Assembly (NCBI GenBank): GCA_934162365.1
Contig: CAKPIK010000001.1
Coordinates: 341,501-405,500, forward strand
Direction of reading: 5' to 3'
Length of the DNA: 64,000 bases
Origin: an uncultured Clostridia bacterium
Lineage (GTDB): Bacteria > Bacillota > Clostridia > TANB77 > CAG-508
Part shown: in pieces, positions 59,539 to 64,000 of the stretch
Layout of the letters: each line of letters starts with the position of its first letter
Position numbering within the stretch: the stretch's first letter is position 1
Made by a program: the position numbers and the translations under genes
Notes under the pieces: model-generated
Told to the model about the DNA's origin: nothing
The model's input: the letters and a program-made list of their open reading frames with translations, nothing else
The model's database searches: none

Positions 59539-61188
59539 ATGGATTACAAAGATTTAGCAAATTTAATATTTCCAAATGCAAAGGATATTTCATATTATGA
59601 AGAAAAATATCCAGTAAGAGATTTACCAGAAGGAGCAATTGTTACAAGAGTTGCACCAAGTCCAACTGGATTTACACATATAGGAACTTTATATCAAGGT
59701 CTAGTTGCTAAAACAGCAGCTTTAAGTACAAATGGAGTGTTTTTTTTAAGAATAGAAGACACAGACCAAAAAAGAGAAGTAGAAAATGCAATAACAAATA
59801 TAATTTCATCATTTAATGATTTTAATATTATACCAGATGAAGGTATGATTTCAGAAAATGAAAGCAAAGGAGAATATGGACCATATAAGCAAAGCCAAAG
59901 AAAAGAAATATATGAAGCATATGCTAAGTATATGATTTCAATAGGTAAAGCATATCCTTGCTTTGCAACAGCAGAAGAATTAGACGAAATGAGAAAAACT
60001 CAAGAAGCTGCTAAAGTTAGACCAGGATATTATGGAGTATGGGCTAAATATAGAAATTTATCAGTAGAAGAAGCGGCAGAAAAAATAAAAGAGGGTAATC
60101 CATATATTATAAGATTTAAATCACCAGGAAGAGAAGATAGAAAAATAAAACATAAAGATGTTATAAAAGGAAATGTAGAATTTCCAGAAAACGACCAAGA
60201 TATAGTAATAATAAAAGCAGATGGACTTCCAACTTATCATTTTGCCCATGCGGTTGATGATCACTTAATGCATACAACACATGTAATAAGAGGAGATGAG
60301 TGGCTATCATCTGTACCACTTCATTTACAATTATTCCAAGAGATGGGATTTAAACCACCAAAGTATGCGCATATATCTCCAATAATGAAAAACGATAATG
60401 GGAATAAACGTAAATTAAGTAAAAGAAAAGACCCAGAAGCAGCAGTTTCATATTATTCTGAACTGGGAATACCAAGTTTAGCAGTAAAAGAATATTTATT
60501 AAATATTGCAAATTCAAATTTTGAAAACTGGAGAAAGCAAAACAAAAATGCAGATATTTCTGAATTTAAGTTTGAATTGAATAAAATGAGTGTAAGTGGA
60601 GCTTTGTTTGATATGGTAAAACTTTTAGATGTATCAAAAATTGTAATATCAAAATACTCAGCAGAAGAAGTATACGAAAAAGCTTTAGAATGGGCAAATA
60701 AATTTGATAAAGAATTAGCCGAATTGCTACAAAAAAATAAAGAATATTCACTTAAAGTATTAGGAATAGAAAGAGGAAATGAAAAGCCAAGAAAAGATAT
60801 TGCAAAATGGTCTGATTTAAAAGAAAACATAGGATATATGTATGATGAAGAATTTGAAAAAATAAAATCAAACTATGAACTACAAAAAATAACAGATAAA
60901 GAAAAGATTAAACAAATTTTAAATACCTATGCAGATAAATATTTTGATATAAATGACGATAAACAAACATGGTTTGATAAATTAAAAGACCTAGCAGAAG
61001 AATTTGGTTATGCAAGAGAAGTAAAAGAATTTAAAGCAAATCCAGAAAAATATGAAGCTCATGTTGGAGATGTAAGTACACTAATAAGAATAGCACTTAC
61101 ATCAAAAACAAATACACCAGACTTATATGAAATAATAAAAGTGTTAGGAAAAGACACAGTAATAAAAAGATTAAAAGAATTTATCTAA
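59539..61188 (+). CDS. gltX: glutamate--tRNA ligase
   Basis: PSPTGFTHIGT (HIGH) and KLSKRK (KMSKS). AAAGGAG RBS before ATG 59539. Confidence 0.9.
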   Translation: MDYKDLANLIFPNAKDISYYEEKYPVRDLPEGAIVTRVAPSPTGFTHIGTLYQGLVAKTAALSTNGVFFLRIEDTDQKREVENAITNIISSFNDFNIIPDEGMISENESKGEYGPYKQSQRKEIYEAYAKYMISIGKAYPCFATAEELDEMRKTQEAAKVRPGYYGVWAKYRNLSVEEAAEKIKEGNPYIIRFKSPGREDRKIKHKDVIKGNVEFPENDQDIVIIKADGLPTYHFAHAVDDHLMHTTHVIRGDEWLSSVPLHLQLFQEMGFKPPKYAHISPIMKNDNGNKRKLSKRKDPEAAVSYYSELGIPSLAVKEYLLNIANSNFENWRKQNKNADISEFKFELNKMSVSGALFDMVKLLDVSKIVISKYSAEEVYEKALEWANKFDKELAELLQKNKEYSLKVLGIERGNEKPRKDIAKWSDLKENIGYMYDEEFEKIKSNYELQKITDKEKIKQILNTYADKYFDINDDKQTWFDKLKDLAEEFGYAREVKEFKANPEKYEAHVGDVSTLIRIALTSKTNTPDLYEIIKVLGKDTVIKRLKEFI

Positions 61189-61200
61189 GAGGTTTTAATT

Positions 61201-61392
61201 ATGGAATATAATGTAGGAGATATTGTAAGAACCAAAAAAGTACACCCATGCGGAAGCAAGTTATGGAAAATTACAAGAGTTGGTGTAGATTTTAAATTAG
61301 AATGCCAAGGTTGTGGGCATGTAATAATGGTAGAGAGACCAAAGGCACTAAAAATGATTACTAAAATAGAAAAAAAATGCGAAGAAAATTAA
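61201..61392 (+). CDS. DUF951 family protein
   Basis: YNVGDIVRTKKVHPCGSKLWKITRVGVDFKLECQGCGHVIMVER. Confidence 0.8.
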   Translation: MEYNVGDIVRTKKVHPCGSKLWKITRVGVDFKLECQGCGHVIMVERPKALKMITKIEKKCEEN

Positions 61393-61411
61393 ATCTTCGC
61401 ATCTTTTTTTG

Positions 61412-61591
61412 TCATTCGTGTAATGAAGAATGACGATGTTTCGAAAGTGCACGACCCTTGAGAATAAAATTAACTTCAGAGTTCTTTAATTCAAGAAATT
61501 TATGAAGTTCTTTTAATTCTTCTGAATTAAGAGATTGTAACTGATTCCAGTTTGAATTGGCTAAAATCTCAATAATCCGTTCGTTTGTCAT
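61412..61591 (-). CDS. small hypothetical protein (59 aa), not in the ORF track
   Basis: GGAGG RBS 7 nt before the ATG on the minus strand. MTNERIIEILANSNWNQLQSLNSEELKELHKFLELKNSEVNFILKGRALSKHRHSSLHE. Confidence 0.5.
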   Translation of the reverse strand: MTNERIIEILANSNWNQLQSLNSEELKELHKFLELKNSEVNFILKGRALSKHRHSSLHE

Positions 61592-61732
61592 GTTTATACC
61601 TCCAATATTCTAGACTTGTCTAGTTATTTGTGATAATTATTATACAATATTTTTAATAAAAAATCAAATATTGATAATTAATCATTTAAATGATATAATC
61701 ACAATATAATGAACATTAAGGGAGTGATTTTT

Positions 61733-63169
61733 ATGAACAAGTATGACATTATAGTTGTAGGAGCAGGACCTAGTGCAGCTTTTTTAGCATATGAAGCTAT
61801 ACAATTAAATAAAAATAAAAAAATATTATTAATTGAGCAAGGGAAAAAAGTTGAAAATAGAAACTGCCCTATTGAAAAACTAGGAAAATGTATTCATTGT
61901 AAACCAATGTGTAATATTACTTGTGGCTTTTCTGGCGCAGGTGCATTTTCAGATGGAAAGTTATCTTTATATAATAAAGAAGATGACGATATATACATAG
62001 GTGGAGTACTACATGAATATGTTGGAGTAGAAGAAACCAAAGCATTAATAGATTATACAGATAAAATATACTTGGAATTTGGAGCTGATACTAAGTTAGA
62101 AGGTGTAGATTACAAAGACGAAGTTAAAAAAATATATGATAAGGCTAAAAAAGAAGATATAAATTTAGTAAATATTCCAATAAGACATTTAGGAACAGAA
62201 AAAAGTCACGAACTTTATGGAAGAATTGAAAAGTATTTATTAGATAATGGAATTGACATATTATTTGAAACTACAGTAAGTGATTTAGTAGTTGAAAGTG
62301 ATAAAATAAAAGGCGTAAAAATTCGACCAGCGAAATATGCAGAAGCTGAAGATTATGACAAAGATGAAGAAATAGATGCGGAAAATGTAGTTTTAGCAGT
62401 TGGAAGAAAAGGCGCAAACTGGCTTGTGAAAATGTGTGATGAGCATAATATAAAAACTACAGCAGGAACAGTTGATATAGGAATAAGATATGAATTGCCA
62501 GATAAAGTAATGAAAGATGTAAACAAATATATGTATGAGGGGAAATTTATATCAAGACCATATCCATTTAGAGATAAAGTAAGAACATTTTGCCAGAATC
62601 CTAGTGGATTTGTTTCAACAGAGGTATATGATAATAATATAACATTAGTAAATGGGCATTCATACAAAGAAAGAAAAAGCACAAATACAAATTTAGCAAT
62701 ACTTGTATCCCATAATTTTAATTATCCATTTAATAGACCAATTGAATATGGAAGAAATGTAGCAAAAAATTTAAATGCATTAGGAAATGGAAATATAGTT
62801 GTACAAAGATTGGGTGATATTTATAGAGGAAAGAGAACTTGGGAAAATGAATTAGAAAATAATTCTGTTGTTCCAACATTAAAATCTGCAGTTGCAGGGG
62901 ATATAACATTTGCCCTAGGATATAGAACAATGACAGATATACTTCAATTTATATCTTCATTAGATAAAGTTGTAGAAGGATTTGCAAATCCAGACAATTT
63001 GTTGTATGGACCAGAAATTAAGTTTTATAGTAATAAAATAGCAATAGATAATAAATTCGAAACAAGTATAAAAGGATTGTATTCAATAGGAGATGGCGGA
63101 GGATTAACTAGAGGATTAATGATGGCTTCAGCATCAGGAGTACAAACAGCAAGAAATATATTGAAATAA
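61733..63169 (+). CDS. FAD-dependent oxidoreductase-like protein (COG2509-type)
   Basis: YDIIVVGAGPSAAF dinucleotide-binding motif and C-terminal GDGGGLTRG. Confidence 0.65.
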   Translation: MNKYDIIVVGAGPSAAFLAYEAIQLNKNKKILLIEQGKKVENRNCPIEKLGKCIHCKPMCNITCGFSGAGAFSDGKLSLYNKEDDDIYIGGVLHEYVGVEETKALIDYTDKIYLEFGADTKLEGVDYKDEVKKIYDKAKKEDINLVNIPIRHLGTEKSHELYGRIEKYLLDNGIDILFETTVSDLVVESDKIKGVKIRPAKYAEAEDYDKDEEIDAENVVLAVGRKGANWLVKMCDEHNIKTTAGTVDIGIRYELPDKVMKDVNKYMYEGKFISRPYPFRDKVRTFCQNPSGFVSTEVYDNNITLVNGHSYKERKSTNTNLAILVSHNFNYPFNRPIEYGRNVAKNLNALGNGNIVVQRLGDIYRGKRTWENELENNSVVPTLKSAVAGDITFALGYRTMTDILQFISSLDKVVEGFANPDNLLYGPEIKFYSNKIAIDNKFETSIKGLYSIGDGGGLTRGLMMASASGVQTARNILK

Positions 63170-63188
63170 AATAATATGAGGAAACAAA

Positions 63189-64000
63189 ATGAGCAATGTT
63201 AAATGGACTAAAGAACAATTACAAGCAATAGAAAAAAGTGGAAATAACATACTAGTTGCAGCTGCTGCCGGAAGTGGTAAGACAGCTGTTTTAGTTGAGC
63301 GTATTATTAATAAAATTATAAATGAAAAAATTGATATAGATAAATTATTAATAGTAACTTTTACAAATGCTGCAGCTTCTGAAATGAGAGAAAAAATATT
63401 AGAAGCCTTATATGAAAAAATTGAAGAAGAACCACAAAACGTTCATTTACAAAAACAAATAAATTTAATAGGCAGAGCAAGTATTTGTACAATAGACTCA
63501 TTTTGTTTGGATGTTGTAAAAAATAATTTTTATGAAATAGATATTTCGCCAAATTTTAGAATTGCAGATACAGCAGAATTAGAACTTATAAAACAAGAAA
63601 CTATTGAAGAATTATTTGAAGAAAAATATGAAACGGAAGATAAAGAATTCTTGAATTTACTTGAAACATATACTACATATATTGGAGATGAACCATTAAA
63701 AGAATTAATCTTAAATATATACAATTTTATTCAAAGCACTCCATTTCCGATAGAATGGCTAGAAAAACAAACTTTAAAATATAATCTAAATAATGAGATT
63801 GACAATGATTTTGCACAAAGTGTATGGGGTAAAATTATTATTAATAGTGTAAAAGAAGAGATATTAGATGCAAAAGTTAAAACACAAAAAGTAAGGGATA
63901 ATATAATAAGATTTGATGAATTAAAAAAATATGTATTAGTCTTGAATGAAGATATAAATGTTTTAGATAATTTCTTGAAGTTAGAAAAATGGGACGACAT
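63189..64000 (+). CDS. addA: helicase-exonuclease AddAB subunit A, 3'-truncated by the window edge (not in the ORF track)
   Basis: AGGAAA RBS. MSNVKWTKEQLQAIEKSGNNILVAAAAGSGKTAVLVERII...LIVTFTNAAASEMREKI is the UvrD-like AddA N-terminus. The frame is open to nt 64000. Confidence 0.85.
   Translation, partial: MSNVKWTKEQLQAIEKSGNNILVAAAAGSGKTAVLVERIINKIINEKIDIDKLLIVTFTNAAASEMREKILEALYEKIEEEPQNVHLQKQINLIGRASICTIDSFCLDVVKNNFYEIDISPNFRIADTAELELIKQETIEELFEEKYETEDKEFLNLLETYTTYIGDEPLKELILNIYNFIQSTPFPIEWLEKQTLKYNLNNEIDNDFAQSVWGKIIINSVKEEILDAKVKTQKVRDNIIRFDELKKYVLVLNEDINVLDNFLKLEKWDD

Overview
Visibly AT-rich chromosomal segment (I did not compute G+C) from a spore-forming Firmicute of the Clostridia. 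The evidence is a SipL-type coat morphogenetic protein, yabG-veg, yunB, spoVS, ytfIJ and spoIIID. Most of the window is conserved housekeeping and sporulation backbone: hrcA-grpE-dnaK-dnaJ with CIRCE operators, rny-ymdB-spoVS, recA-recX-scpA, rpmE, rnj, gltX and the 5' end of addA. It also has metal and cation P-type ATPases, a rubrerythrin and a Bce-like two-component/ABC module.

The main finding is that spoIIID is split into a 5' half (13662-13788) and a 3' half (25819-25968) by a ~12.04-kb element.
- The element is bounded by an identical GATGTAA core within a 16/19 imperfect direct repeat.
- It carries a large serine recombinase abutting the right end, and a MobV relaxase with a pMV158-like oriT.
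- Its cargo is a DUF262 + HEPN gene pair, a type III (RNA-antitoxin) toxin-antitoxin locus and two ABC exporters.
- It is therefore either a skin-like developmental intervening element in a target gene I do not know to be described, or a Tn4451-like insertion that knocks out spoIIID.

Other notable items:
- A ~590-nt structured non-coding region followed by a 4-TM DxxxD protein, best explained as OLE RNA plus OapA.
- A membrane-anchored nuclease plus a possible inhibitor, bracketed by two copies of a 37-39-nt palindromic repeat.
- A 33-bp in-frame tandem repeat.
- A terminator-containing leader upstream of rnj.
- At least six apparent +1 frameshifts, mostly in A/T runs, including two in yabG. 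These may be sequencing artefacts, gene decay or slippage-rescued genes.

No rRNA, tRNA or CRISPR array was seen.
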